DNA of 63,597 bases from the IMG/VR virus record IMGVR_UViG_3300033182_000943, positions 1-63,597 of that record. The stretch is one strand, 5' to 3'. Source of the DNA: a virus (taxonomy: Duplodnaviria; Caudoviricetes). This document shows, in pieces, positions 8,154-16,618 of this stretch; the first letter of the stretch is position 1, and each line of letters starts with the position of its first letter. Below the pieces are notes generated by a model. The model did not search any database and had not been told where the DNA came from. It was given only the letters and a program-made list of their open reading frames with translations. Position numbers and translations under genes: made by a program.

Positions 8154-8339
8154 ATGCCTATCTTACAATACATAATGATTTATTTCCTAGTTGGTGCAGT
8201 GTGTGGGTTCTGTATAGAATTCATTATGCATCGTTTTAAAATGAATGAAGATACAACAATAGGCGAAAGAATTCTTTGGGTTTCTTTATGGCCATATTTT
8301 GTTCTTGCCTTTCTCTATGGCATGATGAAAGATGATTAA
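8154..8339 (+). CDS. small membrane protein
   Basis: Two hydrophobic segments; start reassigned to ATG 8154. Confidence 0.6.
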   Translation: MPILQYIMIYFLVGAVCGFCIEFIMHRFKMNEDTTIGERILWVSLWPYFVLAFLYGMMKDD

Positions 8340-8407
8340 TTTTTACTAATACTCTTTCAGAACATACATCCACTTGTTATAATTATTCTGAATTAATTAA
8401 ATAACAG

Positions 8408-8632
8408 ATGAAAGATAATTTAAGTTCTATCGCTGCCGCCTTTCTATTATTGATTGGTGCATTGCTAATCGGTCTTATCATGGCCTATCCCATGATGTGG
8501 CTATGGAATACCTGCCTAGTACCTGCAGTTACATTTGCAAGCCCTATTACATTTTGGCAAACCTGGGGATTATACATTCTTACCCAGTGGTTCTTTACTA
8601 AATCAACAACAGCAAAATACAAAAAAGATTAA
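8408..8632 (+). CDS. membrane protein
   Basis: Hydrophobic; MWLWN..VP...ITFWQ motif. Confidence 0.75.
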   Translation: MKDNLSSIAAAFLLLIGALLIGLIMAYPMMWLWNTCLVPAVTFASPITFWQTWGLYILTQWFFTKSTTAKYKKD

Positions 8633-8638
8633 CCGAAT

Positions 8639-8726
8639 GGCCGGGTGGTGAAATTGGTATACACGAGGGACTTAAAATCCCTTGGACTGAAAGTCCGTGC
8701 GGGTTCGAGCCCCGCCCCGGCTACCA
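8639..8726 (+). tRNA. tRNA-Leu(TAA)
   Basis: AGGGA-CT-TAA-AA-TCCCT; long variable arm; encoded CCA. Confidence 0.95.
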
Positions 8727-8787
8727 AGTGGGGAGTTACACAATACGCGTTGGAACTATGTAACTTTAAAATAGAACCCCACGATAT

Positions 8788-8861
8788 GCGCCGTTAGCTC
8801 AGTTGGATAGAGCATCTGCCTTCTAAGCAGACGGTCTCAGGTTCGAATCCTGAACGGCGTA
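8788..8861 (+). tRNA. tRNA-Arg(TCT)
   Basis: TCTGC-CT-TCT-AA-GCAGA. Confidence 0.95.
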
Positions 8862-8876
8862 CTAAATTTTAAACAC

Positions 8877-9128
8877 ATGAGTAAATTTGAAAAAGGACAG
8901 AAGGTAACATGGATCAAAGAGATGGCCGTTGTTCCCCACCCGGAAGGGAAAACAGATCGTAAAGGAAATGTACTTCCAGTATTTCGTGACAAAGAAATGA
9001 CAGGTACTATTGTAGGACCTTGTAGTAAAGGGTATGTCGTTAGACCTGATGGTAATCATAAACTGCCACACGGTATGGAAAGGTATTATGACATTACAGT
9101 TGAAACGGAAAAACTAAAAGCAATTTAA
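8877..9128 (+). CDS. hypothetical protein
   Basis: 83 aa; MSKFEKGQKV SH3-like start. Confidence 0.7.
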   Translation: MSKFEKGQKVTWIKEMAVVPHPEGKTDRKGNVLPVFRDKEMTGTIVGPCSKGYVVRPDGNHKLPHGMERYYDITVETEKLKAI

Positions 9129-9131
9129 GAA

Positions 9132-9353
9132 ATGGAATTCGACGTTTTAGACTCACGAGAAGTTTGGTGGCAAACCACTAACGAGTATGAACTCAGATTT
9201 GATGACGGCGAGGTTAAACAATACCGGGCATCTGAAAATCCTAAAGGTACTGAATTCTTTGTACTAACCAGTGATGGCTGGGAAGAACTAGAAGATGCAG
9301 ATGAATATGATGATGCCTTTTATGAAGCATGGTCTGAAGGAGAGTTAAACTAA
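9132..9353 (+). CDS. acidic hypothetical protein
   Basis: 73 aa, D/E-rich. Confidence 0.7.
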   Translation: MEFDVLDSREVWWQTTNEYELRFDDGEVKQYRASENPKGTEFFVLTSDGWEELEDADEYDDAFYEAWSEGELN

Positions 9354-9372
9354 CTCTTCTTTTTCCGTATAA
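9347..9372 (+). promoter_or_regulatory. class II promoter AAAC-N17-TATAA
   Basis: Motif match. Confidence 0.6.
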
Positions 9373-9378
9373 TAATAA

Positions 9379-9775
9379 ATTGCTGCTATCAACAAAAAAA
9401 GCAATAACTATATGGAAACATTTTACTTTCTCTCAGGTGTATGTGCAGTTATCATTCTTATGATGGTTGTGGGTACGTTTGTAAACTACAGAACAATAGG
9501 TCGCTTGAGAAACGAACTTAATGATGCATTTGATGCAATTGACAATTTAGCAAAAGACTTAGAAAATGATCTAGGTCGCGCCGAAGAAAGCTTGGACTCA
9601 AACATTAACATGGTAGAGAAAAGCCTAACAGACGAAGTCAACGAAATTTATCGTACCCTTGATTCCAGGTTAGATAAGTTAACTGATGGCGTCTCAAAAC
9701 AAATCGCAAACATTTACACGGAGTGTGAGTGTTTAACAAAGGGGTCAAAATAAACTAAACCAAGATAGCAGCAAT
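9379..9775. repeat. 12-bp perfect inverted repeat flanking ORF 9412-9753
   Basis: ATTGCTGCTATC 9379-9390 and GATAGCAGCAAT 9764-9775. Confidence 0.9.
9412..9753 (+). CDS. membrane-anchored coiled-coil protein
   Basis: N-terminal TM segment followed by a heptad-rich helix. Confidence 0.75.
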   Translation: METFYFLSGVCAVIILMMVVGTFVNYRTIGRLRNELNDAFDAIDNLAKDLENDLGRAEESLDSNINMVEKSLTDEVNEIYRTLDSRLDKLTDGVSKQIANIYTECECLTKGSK

Positions 9776-9848
9776 GCGGGAGTAGCTCAGTTGGTAGAGC
9801 GATAGCCTTCCAAGCTATAGGTCGCGAGTTCGAACCTCGTCCCCCGCT
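9776..9848 (+). tRNA. tRNA-Gly(TCC)
   Basis: ATAGC-CT-TCC-AA-GCTAT. Confidence 0.95.
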
Positions 9849-9862
9849 CAAATAAATAAAGT

Positions 9863-10063
9863 ATGATAATAATTAAGAAAGGGCCAAAGGATTCAATTGA
9901 TAAGATGCTTAAGAAGTATAAGCGTAAGTCTATTCGATGCGGATTGCTTAAACAAGTTAGAGAAAGGCAAGAGTACGAAAAGCCTTCATCCGTAAAAAGA
10001 AAGAAAAAGGCAAAGGCGGTTTATCGTCAGAAGATTAATTCTGATAGAGAAAAAAGATCGTAG
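9863..10063 (+). CDS. rpsU: ribosomal protein bS21 (phage-encoded)
   Basis: SIDKMLKKYKRK...GLLKQVRERQEYEKPS..KR. Confidence 0.9.
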   Translation: MIIIKKGPKDSIDKMLKKYKRKSIRCGLLKQVRERQEYEKPSSVKRKKKAKAVYRQKINSDREKRS

Positions 10064-10106
10064 AAAATTTTCAATTCCCAAATTAATTTGTTATATTTAA
10101 ACTATA
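10061..10106 (+). promoter_or_regulatory. class I promoter
   Basis: TAGAAAATTTTCAATTCCCAA...TTATATTTAAACTATA. Confidence 0.7.
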
Positions 10107-10119
10107 AACAACTTCAATT

Positions 10120-10590
10120 ATGGATAAAGACATTGTAATTTTTGACCTTGATGGTACCTTGGCTGATATTGATCAGCGGAGAGAGATTTCCACCAAAGAC
10201 AATGGCAAGATGGACTGGGGCAAGTTTTTTGATCCTACTAACATTTCATTGGACCAACCAAACATTCCAGTAATTAAGACGGCTCAAGCGTTGGCTGACC
10301 AAGGTCTTAAAATTGTTATCTTTTCTGGTAGGAGTAAGGCAACCAAGGATGCAACCAAGGATTGGTTAAATCAATTTGGAGTACCGTTTTCTGTTCTTAA
10401 GATGAGACCGACCGGTAACCAATTTCAATTTATGCCTGATGATAAACTGAAGAAGATGTGGTTGGATGATCTTTTCCCTGGGGATACTAAAGACCGAATT
10501 CTTTGTATCTTTGATGATAGGCAAAAGGTCGTGGATATGTGGAGAGATAACGGTCTCTCTTGTTTTCAAGTTGCACCCGGAGATTTTTAA
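10120..10590 (+). CDS. HAD-family phosphatase (PNKP phosphatase-like)
   Basis: IFDLDGTL, FSGR, MRP, FDDR motifs. Confidence 0.9.
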   Translation: MDKDIVIFDLDGTLADIDQRREISTKDNGKMDWGKFFDPTNISLDQPNIPVIKTAQALADQGLKIVIFSGRSKATKDATKDWLNQFGVPFSVLKMRPTGNQFQFMPDDKLKKMWLDDLFPGDTKDRILCIFDDRQKVVDMWRDNGLSCFQVAPGDF

Positions 10591-10592
10591 TC

Positions 10593-10808
10593 ATGGTAAA
10601 ATTTACATCACAGGATATGAAGCTGCTCGAGGTCTATAAGAATAGATATGTGAGCTTTGGCTTAAGGGAAGGGCAGTCATATATGAATGCTCTATATGAC
10701 ATTAACCCCTCTCTTTATGAGAAGGCATCAGGAACTGATGCTGATTGTTTTTATGTGGATGATAACATCCCGCAATTCCTAAATTTTCTAAATGATGATA
10801 ACGACTAA
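10593..10808 (+). CDS. hypothetical protein
   Basis: LREGQSYMNAL...DCFY; start reassigned to ATG 10593. Confidence 0.7.
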   Translation: MVKFTSQDMKLLEVYKNRYVSFGLREGQSYMNALYDINPSLYEKASGTDADCFYVDDNIPQFLNFLNDDND

Positions 10809-10968
10809 AAAATTGTACCGAGGTAATGGGTACATTGGTGGGGTATGTGCTGGGCTCGGTGAGTGGAGTGGAGTACCTGCAATCTTATGGCGAATTCTTT
10901 TCTTGTTTGTCGCCGGTAGTTTTTGGGCCTATCTATTACTGTGGGTCTTCGTTGAACAAAAAGATTAA
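10792..10968 (+). CDS. pspC: PspC-domain membrane protein (58 aa)
   Basis: KKLYRGNGYIGGVCAGLGEWSGVPAILWRILF...AYLLLW; absent from the ORF track. Confidence 0.85.
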   Translation: MMITTKKLYRGNGYIGGVCAGLGEWSGVPAILWRILFLFVAGSFWAYLLLWVFVEQKD

Positions 10969-10971
10969 GTT

Positions 10972-11547
10972 ATGTTTTATAAGTGGGACGAAAAAGAACT
11001 GCAGTTTGATAAAGTATGTATGAAAAGAATAACTCTTATTGTAATCACGCTTTCAGCAATCATACTTCTTGCAGGTTACCTTGTGGGAACGTCTGTTAAA
11101 AAGGAAACTGTAGTACAAGAGTTTACTGAGGCTGAGCAGGTTGTACTTATTCAGGAAATTGATACCTTTAGCCAAGAGGCTTTGGTGATTATGCTAAAGG
11201 AACTTAATGTAAAATATCCTCATATAGTATTGGCCCAGTCTATTGTTGAAACTGGTCATTGGACTAGTCACATCTTTTTGGAGAATCATAATCTCTTTGG
11301 TATGAAACAGGCTCGTCGTAGAATTACCACAGCAGATGGTACCTCCAGGAATCATGCTTATTATGGTCATTGGAGAGAATCCGTGTATGATTATGCATTT
11401 TACCAATGTAGGTATTTGTCTAAATTAGACTCAGAGGAAGAGTATTTTCAGTATCTCGGTTCAAGCTATGCGGAGGCACCTAATTATATAGGCTCATTAA
11501 AGACAGTGATCAAAAGAGAAAACTTAAAAGATCTATTTGATGAGTAA
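10972..11547 (+). CDS. glucosaminidase (GH73/FlgJ-like) peptidoglycan hydrolase
   Basis: AQSIVETG, NLFGMK, YAEAPNY; N-terminal TM. Confidence 0.85.
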   Translation: MFYKWDEKELQFDKVCMKRITLIVITLSAIILLAGYLVGTSVKKETVVQEFTEAEQVVLIQEIDTFSQEALVIMLKELNVKYPHIVLAQSIVETGHWTSHIFLENHNLFGMKQARRRITTADGTSRNHAYYGHWRESVYDYAFYQCRYLSKLDSEEEYFQYLGSSYAEAPNYIGSLKTVIKRENLKDLFDE

Positions 11548-12172
11548 GGCTTTTTGTCTAGGCGTGTGGAAAACAGGTACTACTTCGGTAGGTAAGGCTC
11601 TTAATCAATTGATAGGTGGTTATCATGATGGTAATACTGATTGGTCCGATCATAGAGCACTTCATCTTAAAAATATAGTAGATGGAAATACTTCAAAGAT
11701 TGCTAGTCTTAATCATCTAATAAGTAGATATTCAACCTTTGATGATAATCCTTGGAATAGATCCATGGTAATTGAAGAACTTAAAAACTACAAAAAATAC
11801 AAATACATACTTACTACGAGGGATCCTGACGAATGGCATTATAGCGCATATTCATTTTATCGTAAGAAAATGGAAAGAGGAGAGCTTAGTGGTTTTGATA
11901 TTTGGAGTTTGTATCAAGCTGAATTCAAATGGGTGTTAGGTGATTCCGTTGATCTGACACAAGTAGTTGAAGATGATTTTTCAGGAATGGTTAAACATAA
12001 ATCATTTTGGGTTGATTGGTTTAACCAAAGGAATGAAAAGGTTAAAGGGATGTTTAAAGGTAATCTATTAGAGTACAATATATCCGATGGGTTAGGTTGG
12101 GAACCTTTATGTAATTATCTTGGTAAAGAGATTCCAACAAAACCTTTTCCAAGACTTAATAGCCAAAACTAA
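11540..12172 (+). CDS. sulfotransferase-family P-loop protein
   Basis: LGVWKTGTTS, ILTTRDPDEW..S, GWEPLCNYLG..P..PFPRLN. Confidence 0.85.
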   Translation: MSKAFCLGVWKTGTTSVGKALNQLIGGYHDGNTDWSDHRALHLKNIVDGNTSKIASLNHLISRYSTFDDNPWNRSMVIEELKNYKKYKYILTTRDPDEWHYSAYSFYRKKMERGELSGFDIWSLYQAEFKWVLGDSVDLTQVVEDDFSGMVKHKSFWVDWFNQRNEKVKGMFKGNLLEYNISDGLGWEPLCNYLGKEIPTKPFPRLNSQN

Positions 12173-12197
12173 AAAGGAACCTTAAGGTTCCTTTTTT
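12171..12197. terminator. bidirectional intrinsic terminator
   Basis: AAAAAGGAACC-TTAA-GGTTCCTTTTT between convergent genes. Confidence 0.9.
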
Positions 12198-12577
12198 ATC
12201 TCTTCATCAGATTCTACTATGTAGTCATATTTAAGTAAGATAGGTTCTATTGCCTTTTGGACTGCATCTTTTATTTCATCTCTCATCTTAGCATTTGTAG
12301 ATGGACCAAATGCAGCAGGAATCATTTTAGAAAGGACATTCCTCATAAAGATCTTTACCTTTTCGTTAACCTCACCTTCGCTAAGGTTTGAAGTTTTCCA
12401 GTGTGGGCTTTGGTTATCGCCACGGGTAGGGTGTACATCATTAAAGCCTTGATACTCAGGAGTACCAAATGCATTAGTTTCTACACCAGCCATTTCATCC
12501 CAGTAATTCTTAAAGTCTTTTACCGTTCCTTTATAGTGGCGGATTCTACTCAGGTCTTCTCTTTCTTGGTTATCCAT
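12182..12577 (-). CDS. hypothetical protein (possible head-internal protein)
   Basis: 131 aa; third gene of the minus-strand operon. Confidence 0.7.
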   Translation of the reverse strand: MDNQEREDLSRIRHYKGTVKDFKNYWDEMAGVETNAFGTPEYQGFNDVHPTRGDNQSPHWKTSNLSEGEVNEKVKIFMRNVLSKMIPAAFGPSTNAKMRDEIKDAVQKAIEPILLKYDYIVESDEEIKKEP

Positions 12578-12825
12578 TATTTGCCGTATTTCTTTTTAAG
12601 ATCGTGTATAGCAGTTTGTACCTTTAACCCTTCAAGATCAATCTTATCCATTTTAATCTTTAGTTCATATAAAGCAATTGCAAAGTTATCACCACGATCT
12701 TGTGCTGCTCTATATCTTTGGATATTTTCCTGTTCTCTTTTCTTTAACCTTTGTGCCGCTGCGCTAGGATCAAACTCGTAATCACTTGCCTCGTTTAGGT
12801 ATTCGTTAAATGTAGGTAAACTCAT
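12577..12825 (-). CDS. hypothetical protein (possible head-internal protein)
   Basis: MSLPTFNEYLNE N-terminus. Confidence 0.75.
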   Translation of the reverse strand: MSLPTFNEYLNEASDYEFDPSAAAQRLKKREQENIQRYRAAQDRGDNFAIALYELKIKMDKIDLEGLKVQTAIHDLKKKYGK

Positions 12826-12827
12826 AA

Positions 12828-13274
12828 TTAAAATGTATTGTCCATTATCATTACCTGTACGGCATCCTTTACCATGTTAAGGTTAACCCCAGGCTTAAGC
12901 ATTTTAGAACTTGCAAGATTATCAACAATAACCCCTGCTAAGACTTTAGCCCCAGCGGGTTTGTTTCTTCCAGCAATACCAACCATTGCTTCATTAGTTG
13001 CACCATAGGCTTCGCATGCTTCATCGATCTTTTTATTAATTAGATCCTTTGCTTCTTTAACATAACCTTCTGCCGTATGTTCGGGGTTATCGTTAGCTTC
13101 ATGAGCATATGCCTGTTCGGCTACCTTATTACAAGTTTCATCTAAGGTAGGTCCTACAAAGGCATCCATGTTATACCCGGTGTTAATATTTCTACCACTT
13201 GCCCCAAATGAGGTTGAGTTATTTGTACCAAACCCAACAGGAACAAAATCTTCAAACATTCTAATCTTATCCAT
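12828..13274 (-). CDS. hypothetical protein (possible head-internal protein)
   Basis: MDKIRMFEDF N-terminus. Confidence 0.75.
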   Translation of the reverse strand: MDKIRMFEDFVPVGFGTNNSTSFGASGRNINTGYNMDAFVGPTLDETCNKVAEQAYAHEANDNPEHTAEGYVKEAKDLINKKIDEACEAYGATNEAMVGIAGRNKPAGAKVLAGVIVDNLASSKMLKPGVNLNMVKDAVQVMIMDNTF

Positions 13275-13291
13275 TACTTTTTTGATTTTTT

Positions 13292-13300
13292 TATATATTC
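13292..13300 (-). promoter_or_regulatory. class III (putative late) promoter GAATATATA
   Basis: Same RATAWATA motif found before virion genes. Confidence 0.55.
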
Positions 13301-13302
13301 AT

Positions 13303-13328
13303 AAACTAAGTAAGGTTTCCACATATAA
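13303..13328 (+). promoter_or_regulatory. class II promoter AAAC-N17-TATAA
   Basis: Motif match, back-to-back with the class III promoter. Confidence 0.6.
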
Positions 13329-13344
13329 AAATAAACCATAGAAT

Positions 13345-13539
13345 ATGTCAGACTTTTTTAGAACCGTAATGGGCCGCAAATTTTACGAGGCAGATATTCC
13401 TAAATTGACTAATGCATTAGAAAGAATTGCAAATCAAATGGAGGTTGCTAATAAATTGGAAGAAAAGAAAATGCTCTTAAATGAAAAATTAGCAAAGCTT
13501 CAAATGAAAGAGATCAATGAAAACCGAAGCAGTAAGTAA
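13345..13539 (+). CDS. hypothetical protein
   Basis: FFRTVMGRKFYE..IPKL..ALERIA. Confidence 0.75.
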   Translation: MSDFFRTVMGRKFYEADIPKLTNALERIANQMEVANKLEEKKMLLNEKLAKLQMKEINENRSSK

Positions 13540-13792
13540 AGAAGACTTTCTTAAAGCCTTAGATAAAGGTAAGAAATGTTATCTTAGGAAACCTAGATCA
13601 TGGCAAAAGGTTTGGTATTGGTGGGAGATAGATAAAAAGGATCCTACTGAAAGATGGTTCATGAACATTTACCGATCCGATAAAAAAGGTAAAGAAAACT
13701 TTGATCAATCAAGTTGGATAATCGCAAAAGACTTAGACACCTGGCTTAATCATGCAGAACGAGAAGGCTACAAATATTACATACATGAATAA
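13517..13792 (+). CDS. hypothetical protein
   Basis: 91 aa, Trp-rich. Confidence 0.7.
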   Translation: MKTEAVSKEDFLKALDKGKKCYLRKPRSWQKVWYWWEIDKKDPTERWFMNIYRSDKKGKENFDQSSWIIAKDLDTWLNHAEREGYKYYIHE

Positions 13793-14129
13793 TCTTATAC
13801 TTGCTTTTTTACTATTCTTTGCAGGACAATCTCTTATATGGTTTCAATCAAACGGACAATTCGTATGGCCTTGGTTTAAAGAAAATCCTTGGACTGTATC
13901 TATTATCTTTGGTACTGTTGCAAGTTACATATTCATTAAAGCAACAGAGGCCGTGTACACACACTTTAATGGTGTTTTGTGGCCTGGTAGGTTTATAGGT
14001 TTCTCTAGTGGTATCGTAGTCTTTGCCGCATGTACCTATATCTTTATGGGCGAAGGAATAAATGCAAAAACAGTAGTGTCATTAATTTTGGCTATCGCAT
14101 TAGTGTGCGTGCAGATATTTTGGAAATGA
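13785..14129 (+). CDS. four-TM membrane protein, DMT/SMR-like
   Basis: Four hydrophobic helices; YIFMGEGINAK motif. Confidence 0.65.
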   Translation: MNNLILAFLLFFAGQSLIWFQSNGQFVWPWFKENPWTVSIIFGTVASYIFIKATEAVYTHFNGVLWPGRFIGFSSGIVVFAACTYIFMGEGINAKTVVSLILAIALVCVQIFWK

Positions 14130-14938
14130 AAAACCCATATCACATATTAGGTGTTCAAGAAGGTGCTTCGGATGCTGATGTAAAAAAGGCATATAGGAAA
14201 CTGGCCAAAGAGCACCACCCTGATAAAGGTGGAGACGATGCTAAGTTTAAAGAAATTGCAGAAGCATATGATATCTTAAGTGATCCTAAAAAGAAATCAC
14301 AATGGCAAAATAGAACAACCTTTGGTGGTGGTTTTGATGAACAATTCTTTGAAGATTTTTTACGTAACCAAGGTTTTGCCGATGCGTTTAATTCAAGGTA
14401 CGGTTGGAATCAAAACGGTAAAGGCCAAAATGTAACCGCACAGATACATGTTACTTTAGAGGATTCATACTATGGATCAAGTAGAGAAATAAGATTAGGA
14501 CTTAAGACAGTATCGGTTAACATTCCTAAGGGTGTAAAACATGGGCAGAGATTAAGACTTAAAGGGTTAGGTCAAAAGGGAATGACAGAAGACTTACACG
14601 GCGACCTCATCTTAACTATACTGATAGTTGATCATTCCGATTATATGTTAGATAATAGAGGTTTACATAAGATGCATAAAGTAAATCTGTTTGATGCATT
14701 ACTTGGCGGAAAATCCACTATAGAAGTTTTTGATAAGAAGATAATATTTTCAATACCACCCGGTACACAAAATGGTACAATGTTAAGATTACAAGGTAAA
14801 GGGTTTCCAATCTATAATCAAGATAGATGTGGTGATTTATATGTTAACATCATGGTTGATTTACCTAATGATTTGACCGATGAGGAGATCTCTTTAATTA
14901 AACAAGTAAAAGATAAAATAGATGAACGCAAAGGATGA
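14126..14938 (+). CDS. DnaJ-class chaperone without Zn finger (CbpA-like)
   Basis: J domain with HPD; C-terminal DnaJ domains (LRLKGLG, GDLYV). Confidence 0.92.
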   Translation: MKNPYHILGVQEGASDADVKKAYRKLAKEHHPDKGGDDAKFKEIAEAYDILSDPKKKSQWQNRTTFGGGFDEQFFEDFLRNQGFADAFNSRYGWNQNGKGQNVTAQIHVTLEDSYYGSSREIRLGLKTVSVNIPKGVKHGQRLRLKGLGQKGMTEDLHGDLILTILIVDHSDYMLDNRGLHKMHKVNLFDALLGGKSTIEVFDKKIIFSIPPGTQNGTMLRLQGKGFPIYNQDRCGDLYVNIMVDLPNDLTDEEISLIKQVKDKIDERKG

Positions 14939-15170
14939 GTTTCTAAAGGCTATTTTGGCTAATCTTGAAATGTATAATTGGGATGAGTTTATGAACTTAA
15001 GCTATAACCTTTTAGTAAGTTTTCCACAAGACGCAATAGATCATAATGTTGATAAAATTGCAAAGGTTGAAAACATTGACAAAATGATTAAGCATTTTGA
15101 GAATAAAGAAGAGTTTGAAAAGTGTGCTGCTTTACAAGAGTTGAGAGAAGTCATAGACAAAAATTGTTAA
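14922..15170 (+). CDS. UVR (UvrB/C coiled-coil) motif protein
   Basis: EEFEKCAALQEL. Confidence 0.6.
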   Translation: MNAKDEFLKAILANLEMYNWDEFMNLSYNLLVSFPQDAIDHNVDKIAKVENIDKMIKHFENKEEFEKCAALQELREVIDKNC

Positions 15171-15237
15171 TAACTTTTTAAAAAAAGTCCTAGAAAAATT
15201 TTCAATTCCCAATTATTTGTATTATATTTATACTATA
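15161..15237 (+). promoter_or_regulatory. class I promoter with TTGTTAATAAC box
   Basis: Near-identical to 3132-3209. Confidence 0.75.
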
Positions 15238-15253
15238 ATTAATTAATCGGAAT

Positions 15254-16558
15254 ATGGAAAATTTGACAAAAGACCTTAACTATCTGCAATCCTTCCTGGA
15301 TGAAATGAACGAATCATCCTCAGGTAATCATAAGATTGCTACTATCCGCAAACATACTGATAACGAATTCCTTAAGAAGGTCTTTCACTATACTTATAAC
15401 CACTTTAAGAAGTACGGAGTTCATACAAGAATTCTGAAGAAACACCCTGACTTGGTAGCACCTACCAATAACTACCCTGACCTTTTCCAATTGTTGGACA
15501 ACCTGGCAGATAACAATCTAACTGGTCATGCTGCTATCATGGCGGTTAACTCATTCGTTAACCAACTTCCAACTGACCAACAAAAATTGGTCCACTATAT
15601 TTTAGATAGAGACCTTCGTATGGGAGCCTCTATTACTTCAATCCTTAAAGTACATCCTAACATTGTTCCAGTGTTTAAGGTGGCATTGGCAAATCCTTAC
15701 TCACCAAGCCGAGTGGATTTCGTAAACGAAAGCTGGTACGGTTCACGTAAGTTGGACGGTGTCCGTTGTATTTGCCGTAAAGAAGGTAACACTGTAACTT
15801 TCTATTCAAGGAACGGTAAAGAATTCCTTACCTTGGATCGCATCGCCGATGAGGTACTTAAGGTGCCTGGTAACTTTATCATGGATGGAGAAATCTGTTT
15901 AGTAGACCAAAACGGTAATGAAGACTTCCAAGGTATTATGAAAGAGATCCGCCGTAAGAATCATACAATTGAAAATCCTAAGTTCTTTGTATTTGACTAT
16001 CTAACCCTCGAGGAATTTGATAATCATAGTGGTACCACTCCGTTGTCTACAAGGCTTCGCAATGGCTATGACAATCTTCCTGAAAACATTAACTCTGACC
16101 GATTGGATTTTCTACCTCAAATGGAAATTAATACCGAGGAAGAATTTACTGAAATGGCCAAAGATGCTGAGATTAATGGATTTGAAGGTATCATGGTCCG
16201 TAAAGATATCGGATATGAAGGTAAGAGAAGCCATAACCTTCTGAAGGTAAAAAAATTCCATGACGAGGAATACACGGTATTGGAATGTGTCAATGGTACT
16301 ATCCGATGGACTGAGGATGGACAACAGGTAGAAAAAGACTGTCTAAGCAGTATCATTATTGAACATAAAGGTTACCGAGTATCGGTAGGATCTGGTTTCT
16401 CAAAGGAACAACGAGAGTATTACCTTACTCGCCATGATGAACTCATCGGTAAGACTGTAACGGTTCAATACTTTGAAGAAACTCAAAACCAAATGGGTGG
16501 CTATTCCCTCCGCTTCCCGGTTGTAAAACACATATATGAGAACGGTCGAGATTGTTAA
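15254..16558 (+). CDS. ATP-dependent DNA ligase
   Basis: KLDGVR adenylation motif, DGE, EGIMVR, LLKVK, SLRFP. Confidence 0.95.
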   Translation: MENLTKDLNYLQSFLDEMNESSSGNHKIATIRKHTDNEFLKKVFHYTYNHFKKYGVHTRILKKHPDLVAPTNNYPDLFQLLDNLADNNLTGHAAIMAVNSFVNQLPTDQQKLVHYILDRDLRMGASITSILKVHPNIVPVFKVALANPYSPSRVDFVNESWYGSRKLDGVRCICRKEGNTVTFYSRNGKEFLTLDRIADEVLKVPGNFIMDGEICLVDQNGNEDFQGIMKEIRRKNHTIENPKFFVFDYLTLEEFDNHSGTTPLSTRLRNGYDNLPENINSDRLDFLPQMEINTEEEFTEMAKDAEINGFEGIMVRKDIGYEGKRSHNLLKVKKFHDEEYTVLECVNGTIRWTEDGQQVEKDCLSSIIIEHKGYRVSVGSGFSKEQREYYLTRHDELIGKTVTVQYFEETQNQMGGYSLRFPVVKHIYENGRDC

Positions 16559-16618
16559 TCACTCTCTGCTATCTCACCTCTAGGGGGGAGAACACAACTT
16601 AACCGATAAATATTATAT

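Noticed and set aside
10826-11023. 65 aa ORF in the track
   Set aside because: Another frame (10792-10968) encodes a clear PspC domain.
16572-16591. Hairpin after the ligase gene as a terminator
   Set aside because: Imperfect stem with no U-tract.
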